Notes under the pieces: generated by a model
Databases searched by the model: none
What the model was told of the DNA's origin: nothing
What the model saw: the letters and a program-made list of their open reading frames with translations, nothing else
Part shown: positions 10,172 through 20,386 of the stretch, piece after piece
Layout of the letters: every line of letters starts with the position of its first letter
Position numbering within the stretch: the stretch's first letter is position 1
Program-made: the position numbers and the translations under genes
DNA from: Candidatus Delongbacteria bacterium
GTDB lineage: Bacteria; CAIWAD01
Assembly: GCA_963663545.1 (NCBI GenBank)
Contig: OY760505.1
Location: 1,024,001 to 1,088,000, forward strand
Direction of reading: 5' to 3'
Length of the DNA: 64,000 bases

Positions 10172-10230
10172 GCCGGCTCCCATGAAAGGCTTAGGCGCAA
10201 CCAGAAGAATCCACCTCTGTTGCCGTGGAC

Positions 10231-11169
10231 TTACTCGCCCTGCTCGTCCAGAAAACGCTGGGCGTCGATGGCCGCACTGCAACCACTGCCCGCAGCTGAA
10301 ATGGCCTGACGGTAGCGATGATCGGCCACATCACCCGCAGCGAACACGCCGGGGATGTTTGTGTGCGTAGTACGCCCCTGGCATTTGAGATAGCCGTTCT
10401 CATCCATGTCGAGCAGGCCTTTGAACAGAGTTGTATTTGGTGTGTGGCCAATAGCAACAAAGGCACCCTCTACAACCAGCTCGCTCTGCTCGCCGCTCAA
10501 GGCGTCCTCAAGCAGCACCTTCTGCAATCCACCCGACTGCGGATCGCCCTCGAAAGCTAGGGGGCGCTGGTTTAGCAGGAAATGCACCTTCGGATTCGCC
10601 TCGGCCTTCTGGACCATGATGGGCGAAGCACGGAACTGATCGCGACGATGAATCAGCGTAACCTTGCTGGCGAATGTTGTAAGGAACGTAGCCTCCTCAA
10701 GGGCGCTGTCGCCGCCACCGATTACGCAGATCTCGCGATCCTTGAAAAAGAAGCCATCGCAGGTGGCACAAGCGCTGACGCCAAAGCCCATCAGCTCACG
10801 CTCTCCGGGGATGCCCAGCAGACGGGCGGAGGCGCCGGTGGCGACGATCAGACTGCTGGCAAGCAGTTCTTCTCCCTCCACAGTCAGCTTGAAGGGGCGC
10901 TGGCCGAGCTCAACTTTCTCTACCGTGCCATCAAGAAATGTGGTGCCAAAACGCTCTGCCTGACGATGCAGGTTATCAATCAGTTCCGGCCCCATGACAC
11001 CGTCAGGAAAGCCCGGAAAGTTCTCGACATCGGTAGTAATCGTCAGCTGGCCGCCGGGCTGCATTCCCTCAATCAACAACGGTTCAAGATTGGCCCTGGC
11101 AGCATAAATGGCCGCTGTCAGCCCTGCCGGGCCACCACCGATGATCACGACGTTGCGACTCTCGCTCAT
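10231..11169 (-). CDS. trxB: Thioredoxin-disulfide reductase
   Basis: IIGGGPAGLTAAIYAAR, GVSACATCDG, IGGGDSALEEA, GVFAAGDV..YRQA. Confidence 0.95.
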   Translation of the reverse strand: MSESRNVVIIGGGPAGLTAAIYAARANLEPLLIEGMQPGGQLTITTDVENFPGFPDGVMGPELIDNLHRQAERFGTTFLDGTVEKVELGQRPFKLTVEGEELLASSLIVATGASARLLGIPGERELMGFGVSACATCDGFFFKDREICVIGGGDSALEEATFLTTFASKVTLIHRRDQFRASPIMVQKAEANPKVHFLLNQRPLAFEGDPQSGGLQKVLLEDALSGEQSELVVEGAFVAIGHTPNTTLFKGLLDMDENGYLKCQGRTTHTNIPGVFAAGDVADHRYRQAISAAGSGCSAAIDAQRFLDEQGE

Positions 11170-11423
11170 AAACATATCCTCGCTATTTCTGTGAACAGAC
11201 CGGTAGAGAACACAGATGTTTAATATTGCGAAGTTTACTTCTGCGAACAAGTCTACGGTCCATGAAACATGTCCGAACCAGTTCACATAGCTCTGCTTTT
11301 GCAGTCCTGCTTTGTAGGTGCACAAACTTGACGCTGAACCCCTTTGTGCTTGAACGGTGTCGGGTTAGTCTTTAGATTTACACCACTTGTCACATACACT
11401 TTCATCCGCAAATGAGGTACACC

Positions 11424-13904
11424 ATGCACAAACTGCTGACTCTGTCGCTCTTCGTCGCGACGTGTTCGCTACTTGTTACGGGTAGTGCTGCTGCACGCAA
11501 TGCCGACCAACTTGGCCAAGGCTTGCCGCAGACACCGAATGCACCTGCGCTACACGTCGCGCTCGATGCTGATCTTCCGACGGCTGCCACCGTCAAGTCA
11601 GGCCCCCACCAGCTCACGGATGAGATGGTCGTCGTCGGCAACACGGAATACGATTACCAGGGCAACGGCACCTTGAGCAAAATGATTGCCGTCTCAAGCG
11701 ATGGCATGGTGCACGGCACCTTTATGGGTGGTGATACCGGAGCCAATCGTCGAGTAAAGGCCTGGTGCGTCGATAGCGAACTGAACACAATCGCCTCTGC
11801 GACGAATGTCCTGTCAACCAAAACCGGTTATACCACACTTGCCGTGACGAGTGCCGCTCCCACAAACGGCTTCTCACCCAATTCCACTGTAGTGGGTTTG
11901 CATACCGCCACTCCCTCTGCCTCCTGGTTCTCTGTTGATTTTGAAGGCTGCACCAATGCCTTCAGTTCGTTGATGTCCAATTGCGGCACCGATCGTCTCT
12001 GGCCGCACGTCGCCGTGGACAATCAGGACAGGGTCCACGTGGTCAGCTATTCTTCAAGCGACTCCGCTGATCCCAATTACCACTGGTATCAGCGCTCCAC
12101 CGCGGGTTCGGCCTGGGATTTTTCCTGTGTCGCCATTACCGAGGATTCCGAGGGTCTTGGCGGAATGGTCGCAACCAGCAAGACCAGTGGTCGCGTGGCT
12201 GTACTGACCTTCAATAAAACCGGCATCGAAGACATTCCCTACGACATGGGCGAAGGTTATATCGGTATCCAGATTCACCATGACATCGAGATGTTCCTGG
12301 CCGAAGACGGCGATGTGGAAAGCGAAATCACGGGAGGCAACGGCATCAATGTGACCCAATTCGGTCCCAACAGCACAGCCCCCTTTGGCAAGATGGGCAG
12401 CCGCGCGTACTGCGATGTGGACGCAATCTTCGATCGCACCGCTGACGCCAACTTGCACATCGTCTACTCGGGCGGTCCCCAGTGGACCGACTCGCTGCAC
12501 CTGATCTGGGACGCAGCAGCCGAAGACAGCCTGATGGAAGTCTACATGCACTGGAGCCTGGGCAAGGGCCAGCTCTGGCATCATAACTACGATACCGGAT
12601 CCTGGAGCCTGATCGCCGGTTCGAACTGTGTGCTGAGTGAGGCTGAAGGTGATACAATGGATATCGGTCGTGTAAACGGCTGGCGCATGAAGCAGGATCG
12701 TCCCAGTCTGGCCATCGATCCCGAAACTGGCTACCTGTACTGCGTTTGGTCTCAGTATTTCGATAGCGATCGCGGTGCCTGCGAGGGTAGCAGTGGTGAG
12801 CATTTCTGCAACGGCGAAGTCTTTGCCGCCTGTAGTGATGATAACGGTGAGACATGGGGTCGTCCGGTCAATCTGACCAATACCTTCACCCCCGATTGTG
12901 AAGCTGGTGACTGCCAGGCCGAAGACTGGCCCTGTGTTGCCGAGGTCGCCGACGGCTACTTGCACATCACCTATGTCCTCGATCGGGATGCCGGTGGTGT
13001 TCCCATGGAAGAATGCTCCACCACCACCAATGATGTCATCTATCATCGCGTGCCGGTGGAAACGGTGCTTCCCTTCAACGGAGATCCTGAACATTGGTAT
13101 GCGTTAAACCGCGTGGGGCTTGCGCAAACAACACGCTGGTACAAATGGTACAGCGTCGCCTGGTGTGGTGATGGCGAAAGCGATGCCATCATGGATTCCC
13201 TCACCTGGTACGAGCCTGTTGTCGTCATGAACGAAACGCCCAATCCGGTTCAAGTGGAGAGCGTCCAGTTCCTGCATCACGAACTGGATCAACTTGGCGC
13301 CCCCGAGGATCTTGGCCTGGTCCAGCTTGATGCCAAGGTGCAGGTAAACGGCCAGTACATTCCGCTCTCCGAGTGGGATGGATCCATTCCCGCTTACACG
13401 GCGATGAAGTTCCAGAGCATCGTGTCCTACTCTGGCTATCCTCTCTATGATCAGCTGTTGGCGTTCAATTTCGTCGGCAACCGTCCGAGTTTGTATTACA
13501 GAATTGACTACAAGGATGCGGTTGAAGTCGAAGGCGATGAACCTTGCATGACCGTTGAGCAGCTTGACTCAAGTACACCTGAGTCTTACGAGGCCCTGAC
13601 CTTGGGCGATTACTCGGGTGTGGAATCTTCTCGTCAACCCGTCAACTTCGTGTTGAATCAGAATCACCCGAATCCCTTCAACCCGACGACGCAGATCAGC
13701 TACGTAATTCCACGCGGTGCCGAAGTCAGCGTGCGCGTGTTCAACCTGGCTGGTCAGGAAGTAGCCACACTGGTGGACGGCTATCAGCCTGGTGGTCCGC
13801 ACACGGTCACCTTTGACGGTAGTGCCCTGGCCAGTGGTGTGTATTTCTACCGCGTTGATGCGCTAGGCAACACCCAAACCCGCAAGATGATTTTGGCCAA
13901 GTAG
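11424..13904 (+). CDS. Secreted Cys-rich protein with Asp-box (BNR) motif and T9SS type-A-like C-terminal sorting domain
   Basis: Signal peptide MHKLLTLSLF; SDDNGETW Asp-box; C-terminal QNHPNPFNPTT...SGVYFYR...RKMILAK. Confidence 0.8.
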   Translation: MHKLLTLSLFVATCSLLVTGSAAARNADQLGQGLPQTPNAPALHVALDADLPTAATVKSGPHQLTDEMVVVGNTEYDYQGNGTLSKMIAVSSDGMVHGTFMGGDTGANRRVKAWCVDSELNTIASATNVLSTKTGYTTLAVTSAAPTNGFSPNSTVVGLHTATPSASWFSVDFEGCTNAFSSLMSNCGTDRLWPHVAVDNQDRVHVVSYSSSDSADPNYHWYQRSTAGSAWDFSCVAITEDSEGLGGMVATSKTSGRVAVLTFNKTGIEDIPYDMGEGYIGIQIHHDIEMFLAEDGDVESEITGGNGINVTQFGPNSTAPFGKMGSRAYCDVDAIFDRTADANLHIVYSGGPQWTDSLHLIWDAAAEDSLMEVYMHWSLGKGQLWHHNYDTGSWSLIAGSNCVLSEAEGDTMDIGRVNGWRMKQDRPSLAIDPETGYLYCVWSQYFDSDRGACEGSSGEHFCNGEVFAACSDDNGETWGRPVNLTNTFTPDCEAGDCQAEDWPCVAEVADGYLHITYVLDRDAGGVPMEECSTTTNDVIYHRVPVETVLPFNGDPEHWYALNRVGLAQTTRWYKWYSVAWCGDGESDAIMDSLTWYEPVVVMNETPNPVQVESVQFLHHELDQLGAPEDLGLVQLDAKVQVNGQYIPLSEWDGSIPAYTAMKFQSIVSYSGYPLYDQLLAFNFVGNRPSLYYRIDYKDAVEVEGDEPCMTVEQLDSSTPESYEALTLGDYSGVESSRQPVNFVLNQNHPNPFNPTTQISYVIPRGAEVSVRVFNLAGQEVATLVDGYQPGGPHTVTFDGSALASGVYFYRVDALGNTQTRKMILAK

Positions 13905-13927
13905 AAGCAGCCAAACACTTCGCACAC

Positions 13928-13961
13928 AAACCGGAACGCATTCGCGTTCCGGTTTCTTTTT
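13928..13961 (+). terminator. Rho-independent terminator
   Basis: AAACCGGAACGC-attc-GCGTTCCGGTTT followed by CTTTTT. Confidence 0.85.
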
Positions 13962-14213
13962 CTGAAACCCGGCCCGGCTTTTCATGTCAGGGTCGGGTTC
14001 TCGCTTTTTGCGAAAGCCCCTTTTGGGAATTCGCAGAAAGAGTAACTGTCGGCAGGCACGGGCCGACTGTCACATTGGGTAGAGCGCTGGGATGTACTCG
14101 GAACAGGCTGCCGCTGGACACATGACTGAAACACTCCATCAGTCCTGAACTGCACTGGCACAGCCGAACTGGCGCATCCCGCCTCTACATCTCACCATAC
14201 TCCAGGAGGACTT

Positions 14214-16637
14214 ATGCGCAGTTCTTTGATGCTGTCACTTTTGCTGTTGGCAGTGGGAAGCAGTCTGGCCGCACGCCACGCTGATCTCGGTTTCAGGCCT
14301 CAGGACAGATCCGTACCCTCGCATCGCAATTCCTGTGCGGACGTGATACCGACGGCGACATTGCAAACAGCGGCTCCTATGAAGCTGGACAACCGTGATA
14401 CAGACACGGTTACGATCACCACAATTGGTGCAACGCGTTACGATTACCAGGCCAACGGAAGTCAGAGCAAAATGCTGGCCGTGTCTAGCGATGGTACAGT
14501 ACATGGTGTGTTCATGGGCGGCACCGATCTGGATTCCAACCGACGCGTCAAGGTCTGGTGTGTTGACACAAACGGTAGTCTGGAATCTCCCGTAAACATG
14601 CTGAACACAAAAACCGGCTATCCGACCATCGACGTGACCGGTGCTTCGCCAACGAATGGCATGGCGCCAAACTCCAGCGTCCCAGCTTGCCACAACGACA
14701 ACTTCCCCTGGATCGGCACCGACTTTGGTGGCTGCACAATGGCCTTCAACAACTTGTCGCTGCCTTGTGGCAGTAACATCTACTGGCCGCATGTGGCCGT
14801 AGACTCACAGGATCGCATTCACGTTGTGTGTTACGAAGAGGAAGGACCGGAGCGCTATTATGTGCGTAGCAGCAACGGCACAGCCTGGGATGCGGGCGGC
14901 TGCTCTATCATCTCCTCCACATCAGAATCGCTGGGCTCCATCGTAACCGCGTCCGCAACGACGGACAAGGTGGCTGTGCTTACTTTTCGCACCTTCTATC
15001 TTCCCTTCGATGGCGGCGGCGAACATGTCGGCAGCCAGATGCATCACGACATCTATCTCTACGAGTCGGAGAACGGAGATATCGCCGATGAAATCGCCGA
15101 CGGAAACGAGCGCAATTTGACCCGCTTCCGGCAGCAGGGGTGCACAACGCCTTTTGCATTGACCGGTTCCTCCTATTGCTCGATGGATGCCATCTACGAC
15201 CACACCGCAGAAGCCAACTTGCACCTGGTCTTCGACTGTGCCACAGACTTCACTGACTCGCTGCATTTGATCTGGGATCTTTCCGGCGAAGAAGCCGACT
15301 CGCTGATGAATACCTACGTCAATTGGGGGTTGGGGCGTAATCAGCTCCTGCATCACAATGTGGACACCGGCAGTTGGAGCCTGATCACCGGGAGTGCGGC
15401 GAAGGTAAATCCGGCAGACCAGGACACCTTGGACATTGGGCGGCCCGATGCCTGGAGGCAAAAAATCGACCGGCCCAGCCTGGGCGTCGATCCGAATACT
15501 GGCTACCTCTACTGCATGTGGAGCCAAGCCTGGTACGCGGACACGAGCGCTGCGGGTATCTGCAATCGAGATGTACTGGTGGCATGCAGTGCAGATAATG
15601 GTGAGACCTGGGGCGAAGCGGTGAACATCACCGCCAGCTCATCACAGGGCTGCGAGGCCAACTGCCATAGCGAAGACTGGCCTTGTATGGCCGAAGTCGT
15701 AGACGGCTACTTGCACATTCAGTGGATTCACGACCTGGATGCTGGCTCGGTCATTGAAGATAACGTGATCGAGACGGTCAACGATGTCGAATACGCGAAA
15801 GTAAGCGTGGACGAAATCATCCCCTACGAAGGAAGCGTCGACGACTGGTCTGCCGAAGACCGTGTAGGTTTGCTTCATGACACGCGCTGGTACCGCTGGT
15901 ATCCGACGGCCTGGTGCGGTGATGGTGAAACCCCGGGAATCATGGACACATTGCTCTGGGTTGAGCCCATCCTGCTGCTTAACGAAACACCTCACGCGGT
16001 ACAACTGGACAGCATCGCCTATGTGTGTCACCCCGATGACGCCATCGGTGTGGGCAATCTGGACCTGATGCAAGCCTACGTAAAGATGAGCAACGGTTAC
16101 ATACCCGTTGGCGGCTGGAGCGGCACACTACCACCCTACTCCTCAACGAAGTTCGAAAGCCACTTGCACTACAATGGCCTGCCTAGTCACGACCAGTTGC
16201 TTGGCTTCTTCTTCACCGGCCGTCCCGATGTCTTCTATCGCATCGAATACAAGGAAGCGCTGAACGCGGGTGACGTCCCCTGCTTGGATATCGAGCCATT
16301 ACTGCCCGAGCTCATCGACCAGTACGAGACCTATGGCATGTTTGATGTGGCTGTATCACACCCGAAACAGCCGTGTGCTTTTGAGCTGAAGCAGAATCAC
16401 CCCAATCCATTCAACCCTGTGACACAGATTGAGTTCGTACTTGCCCAGGCGGCAGAAGTGCGACTTGCGATCTACAACCTGCAGGGACAGTTATTGGAAG
16501 TTCTGCTCGACGGTCAGCAAACGGCAGGATCACACTCAATTGCCTTTGACGGCTCGTCCTATTCAAGCGGCGTCTATCTATACCGGCTTGAGTCGCCAGC
16601 TGGCTCCAGCACAAAGAAAATGGTGTTGGTGAAATAG
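14214..16637 (+). CDS. Paralog of 11424..13904; secreted Asp-box protein with T9SS-like C-terminal domain
   Basis: Colinear shared blocks YDYQxNG, WPHVAVD, DRPSL, CSxDNGETWG, EDWPC, TRWYxWY, AWCGDGE; C-terminal QNHPNPFNP. Confidence 0.8.
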   Translation: MRSSLMLSLLLLAVGSSLAARHADLGFRPQDRSVPSHRNSCADVIPTATLQTAAPMKLDNRDTDTVTITTIGATRYDYQANGSQSKMLAVSSDGTVHGVFMGGTDLDSNRRVKVWCVDTNGSLESPVNMLNTKTGYPTIDVTGASPTNGMAPNSSVPACHNDNFPWIGTDFGGCTMAFNNLSLPCGSNIYWPHVAVDSQDRIHVVCYEEEGPERYYVRSSNGTAWDAGGCSIISSTSESLGSIVTASATTDKVAVLTFRTFYLPFDGGGEHVGSQMHHDIYLYESENGDIADEIADGNERNLTRFRQQGCTTPFALTGSSYCSMDAIYDHTAEANLHLVFDCATDFTDSLHLIWDLSGEEADSLMNTYVNWGLGRNQLLHHNVDTGSWSLITGSAAKVNPADQDTLDIGRPDAWRQKIDRPSLGVDPNTGYLYCMWSQAWYADTSAAGICNRDVLVACSADNGETWGEAVNITASSSQGCEANCHSEDWPCMAEVVDGYLHIQWIHDLDAGSVIEDNVIETVNDVEYAKVSVDEIIPYEGSVDDWSAEDRVGLLHDTRWYRWYPTAWCGDGETPGIMDTLLWVEPILLLNETPHAVQLDSIAYVCHPDDAIGVGNLDLMQAYVKMSNGYIPVGGWSGTLPPYSSTKFESHLHYNGLPSHDQLLGFFFTGRPDVFYRIEYKEALNAGDVPCLDIEPLLPELIDQYETYGMFDVAVSHPKQPCAFELKQNHPNPFNPVTQIEFVLAQAAEVRLAIYNLQGQLLEVLLDGQQTAGSHSIAFDGSSYSSGVYLYRLESPAGSSTKKMVLVK

Positions 16638-16660
16638 CCGCGCAATGGTGGATCACACGG

Positions 16661-16692
16661 AGCCCCGGCAGAATTCTGTCGGGGCTTTTGTA
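16661..16692 (+). terminator. Rho-independent terminator
   Basis: AGCCCCGGCAG-aatt-CTGTCGGGGCT followed by TTTGT. Confidence 0.75.
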
Positions 16693-16803
16693 TTCAGCGA
16701 GGCTCACTTTGTTATTTGCATCAGCAAGCAAAAGTGCCAGAATACCGCCTGCGGTCTTGCCCGGCCGCCAAGTACTCACGAGAAGCCTGACATAGGGGGA
16801 CGT

Positions 16804-18633
16804 ATGTTCACGCTAGTGATTTCTGTGCTGCAAAATGTCAGAGTTATCGGTCTGCTTTTCGCCCTGTTGCTCTTTGCTGCAGTACTACATGCTGATACAC
16901 TGGAAGTTGGCGCCGGTGCACCATACTCCAGCATTCAGGCGGCCGTAGACGATGCCGTTGCCGGTGATACAATTTTGTTGCTCCCGGGCACATACATCGA
17001 AAATGTCGAGGTAACACTGCCGCTGACTCTTACCTCCTCAGAGGGAGCGGAGTCTACCTTCTGGAGCACGCCTGTTGAGTGGGACACCATCCTGGAAATC
17101 ACAGCCGACAGCGTTGAAGTTTCCGGCATCAGTTTCTATGGATGCCCCTACGGCACGGCGGTCATTTACAGCGGAGTCAATGGCGGCTGGATTCATCATT
17201 GCGTGGCTGGCTGGAGTCCGACGCACTACAACAACACAGGAATCCATGTCGGGCAATCGTCGGTGGGCGTGCTGATTGAGAACAATACGTGCAACTATAA
17301 CGAGAATGCGGGAATCTGGATTCACGGCTCCTCCCACACCGTGATACGTAACAACATCTGCAGCTACAATACGAGCGACATTTACGAAACCGCCTTCGGC
17401 ATTGGCGTACACGGCACAACTAACACCGTGGTTCACGGAAACACTCTGTGCTACAACGATTACGGCATGTATTACAGCTACAACAGCAGTTTCGAGGACT
17501 TTTGTGCCAACACTTGCGACTACAACCGCTACGGGCTTCATGGCTACTTCATGAGTCGTATCAACATCTCGGGGAACAGCTTCGAGCACAATTCCGAGGC
17601 GGGCGTCTATCTATCTTCTTACGGACTCTCACGCTTTAACCACAACTCCATCCAGCATAACACGGGCTATGGTGTAGAACTCTATAACTGCAACAATTTC
17701 TACGCTTTCCAAAATACCATTGCCGATAACCTGGTGAATCTTCATCCCACGAGCGGCGCGAACCAGCACTGGTATTCGCCCGTCCGCCTTGGCATGAGCT
17801 ACGAAGGCATAGACAGCAAGAGTTTTCCTGGCAACTATTTTGATTCCTACTCGGGTACCGACGCCGACGGTGATGGATTTGGTGATACACCCTTTGTGCA
17901 GGATGTGATACAAGACCCGAATCCCTTGATGGCAACTCCTGAGCAATACTGTTCCGCAGTCTGGTACTTAGGGATGGGCAACACAATGTATCACAACGAC
18001 CCGCGCATCAACGGTGGCCTGCTGCGACTGGAAGCCGGCGAGTCGCATCTTTGGATTGCCGATGAATGTGCCACCGAGGAGATCGCTTTTCCGGCAGGCA
18101 GTGCGCTCGATTCTACGGCGTGGACAGGTGTGTTGAACTATGAATACAATGACCATCCAACTGTCCTGCTGGAGGTGGGAGTCTGGGATGGATCGACTTT
18201 CACTCCCGGACCAGCTGTTACCTTAACAGGCTACGCCAACTACTGGACACACGCCTACACAACTTCGGCCGAAGTGTTGAGCGTCCCGGTCGGTCAGTAC
18301 CTGGCCCTGCGCCTAACTTCGCAGGAAAGCACCCGCTACTTCGATTTCCACATGGGCGGCAGCTGGGCCTTCCTTTCCGCTCCGGCAGGAGCGACCTATC
18401 CAGGCAGCAGCGGCAGCACAAGTGTATTGCTAAGCGCTTCATTCAACGCTGGCAGTGGATGCTTCACTTTGGAGTGGAATGCCGTTGCAGGAGCTGACTC
18501 TTACAATGTGTATTACGCAGATGCTGCTTACGGTCCTTTCGTGTTACTTGACACGGTTGCTATTCCCGGCTACACAGACTGCAGCCCTGGTATCACAAGC
18601 CGATTCTATCGAGTGACTGCCGTACTTGATTAG
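16804..18633 (+). CDS. Secreted right-handed parallel beta-helix (NosD/CASH-like) protein with short Fn3-like C-terminal domain
   Basis: YSSIQAAVDDAVAGDTILLLPGTYIENV start motif; Asn-ladder repeats (ENNTCNYN, RNNICSYN, GNTLCYN); GNYFDSYSGTDADGDGFGDTPF; AGGGGG RBS. Confidence 0.8.
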   Translation: MFTLVISVLQNVRVIGLLFALLLFAAVLHADTLEVGAGAPYSSIQAAVDDAVAGDTILLLPGTYIENVEVTLPLTLTSSEGAESTFWSTPVEWDTILEITADSVEVSGISFYGCPYGTAVIYSGVNGGWIHHCVAGWSPTHYNNTGIHVGQSSVGVLIENNTCNYNENAGIWIHGSSHTVIRNNICSYNTSDIYETAFGIGVHGTTNTVVHGNTLCYNDYGMYYSYNSSFEDFCANTCDYNRYGLHGYFMSRINISGNSFEHNSEAGVYLSSYGLSRFNHNSIQHNTGYGVELYNCNNFYAFQNTIADNLVNLHPTSGANQHWYSPVRLGMSYEGIDSKSFPGNYFDSYSGTDADGDGFGDTPFVQDVIQDPNPLMATPEQYCSAVWYLGMGNTMYHNDPRINGGLLRLEAGESHLWIADECATEEIAFPAGSALDSTAWTGVLNYEYNDHPTVLLEVGVWDGSTFTPGPAVTLTGYANYWTHAYTTSAEVLSVPVGQYLALRLTSQESTRYFDFHMGGSWAFLSAPAGATYPGSSGSTSVLLSASFNAGSGCFTLEWNAVAGADSYNVYYADAAYGPFVLLDTVAIPGYTDCSPGITSRFYRVTAVLD

Positions 18634-18643
18634 AGAGTATGTA

Positions 18644-19348
18644 TCACAACAAATCGTAGGAGATTTCCCGCACAAGCTCCAGCTCATGCGGCGAGACAGA
18701 AGCCTGCCAAACCATCAACTCCACGCCACGTGATACAGCCTCCTTTAATGCAGTGGCGTAGGCAGGATCAATGTCTGTCGCCGGTCGAAAGCGATCTGCG
18801 TCCTCGCGCATCGCAACAAAAAGAACGACTGCACGATGACCTTGTATCACCATCTGCTCCAGCTCGCGCATGTGCTTACGTGCCCGCTGACTTGGTGCAT
18901 CCGGAAAAGCCAAAGTGCCCTCTTCCGTAAGCAGTGTCACGCTCTTCACTTCGACGTAACACAAAGCACCGTTCGCATCGCAACCAAGAAGATCGATTCG
19001 GCTGTCTTCTCCGTAGTTCACTTCCCGTCGCCACTCTGAGTATTGGCGCAGTGCAGCAATGCGGCCAGCGCGCAAGGCTTCCTCGGCAAGCTGGTTGGCG
19101 CGTAGCGTGTTCACTACTATAAGAGAACTGCCTGCATCGACCAATTCCAGTGTATGCGAGAGTTTTCGCCGAGGATTGTTACTACAACTTACCCAGGCTG
19201 GCCAGCGCTCGCCGAGGCACGAAGTCATCCTTCCGCTGTTGGGGACATGCACGGTCATTGTTGTACCATCGGCCGTCAACACATCCGCCAGAAATCGCTT
19301 GTAGCGCCGAAGGAGTGTCACGGATTCGAGAGGTGAATCAAAGCGCAT
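18644..19348 (-). CDS. sfsA: DNA/RNA nuclease SfsA (sugar fermentation stimulation protein A)
   Basis: RRYKRFLADV, HVPNSGRM, SRIDLL, YVEVKSVTL, FPDAPSQRARKHMREL. Confidence 0.92.
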   Translation of the reverse strand: MRFDSPLESVTLLRRYKRFLADVLTADGTTMTVHVPNSGRMTSCLGERWPAWVSCSNNPRRKLSHTLELVDAGSSLIVVNTLRANQLAEEALRAGRIAALRQYSEWRREVNYGEDSRIDLLGCDANGALCYVEVKSVTLLTEEGTLAFPDAPSQRARKHMRELEQMVIQGHRAVVLFVAMREDADRFRPATDIDPAYATALKEAVSRGVELMVWQASVSPHELELVREISYDLL

Positions 19349-19703
19349 CCCCCGCCTCCGGTAGCAATTCTTCGAGCAAAACCAAGGCTCTGCGCAGGTG
19401 AGGAATGGTAATTGTCCCGCCAACAAGCTGGGCGATTTCGAAAGCATCCAACAATTGCTCTCGCGAATAGCCCGCATCAACACAATTTGCCAGGTGGTAG
19501 TGAATGCAGTCATCACACCGCAAGACCATGCTGGCCACTAGTCCCAATAGTTCTTTGGTGGTCGCGCTCAAGGCTCCATCTAGGTAGGCACGATGGTCCT
19601 GTGCCAGCATGCGTTTTATTCCCAGATTGGCCCTTGCTTGATAGCGCTCCTGAAGTTCCGCACGCTCACGCACCCAAGCCTCGTGAGATTTTCCTGTAGA
19701 CAC
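19338..19703 (-). CDS. Carboxymuconolactone decarboxylase / AhpD-like protein
   Basis: GALSATTKELLGLVASMVLRCDDCIHYH (CxxC); probable GTG start with AGGAGG RBS. Confidence 0.85.
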   Translation of the reverse strand: MSTGKSHEAWVRERAELQERYQARANLGIKRMLAQDHRAYLDGALSATTKELLGLVASMVLRCDDCIHYHLANCVDAGYSREQLLDAFEIAQLVGGTITIPHLRRALVLLEELLPEAGDAL

Positions 19704-19878
19704 GATCTGGCCTCCTGACAACTCTTTGTGTCACATGAGGATAGCATTTGGTACCCGTCGGCACGGGGCAAAAGCTGCAGCCCTCACAACAAGGGAGCAA
19801 TTTCCTCGTTGAAAGACTACTTTAGGCCTTCAGAACTTCGGGAGTTCTGCCGATACCGCTGAGGTCTGAATACGAGGA

Positions 19879-20208
19879 ATGGCCGTGCATACATCCACTG
19901 AAACCTTCATCCAGCTTTGCCGCATGTTGACACGCCTCATGGAAGCATGTCCTCGCGCAGAGTTGGCCGCCAGCCGCGAGCGGATCCTGAGCGAGCTGAC
20001 CGCAGAACTTAGCCGGGAAGGCATCGTCTTCGACCGTCAATTGGCGGGCGAGATCTTCGACCAACTGAAAGACGACCCCAGCCTTCAGGCGCCGGGACGC
20101 GAAACCGATGGCATTCGACGCCGCGTGCTTAATCGCGACTACTTCAGCGAACAGGTCATGGATACGCTAAGCGACCGGCTGTTAGCCGCGCTATCCAATG
20201 TGGTCTAA
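19879..20208 (+). CDS. Hypothetical protein (109 aa), C-terminus weakly FlgM-like
   Basis: Clean ORF followed by a terminator; helical charged composition. Confidence 0.55.
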   Translation: MAVHTSTETFIQLCRMLTRLMEACPRAELAASRERILSELTAELSREGIVFDRQLAGEIFDQLKDDPSLQAPGRETDGIRRRVLNRDYFSEQVMDTLSDRLLAALSNVV

Positions 20209-20231
20209 GGGCAGACAACCAGCCAATGCAG

Positions 20232-20260
20232 ACGGCCCCGCGGGGCCGTTTTCAGTTTTT
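20232..20260 (+). terminator. Rho-independent terminator
   Basis: ACGGCCCC-gc-GGGGCCGT followed by TTTCAGTTTTT. Confidence 0.7.
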
Positions 20261-20386
20261 CTTGTTATTACCAAGCGAATTGCAAGTTCTGCAGAATTCC
20301 TAGTTTGATTGGGCAAATGCCTGCTTGAGGCACCGTTCATTCCGAGCAGGAATAGGCGCGGAGAGATCCGCACAAGCGAGGACTGC

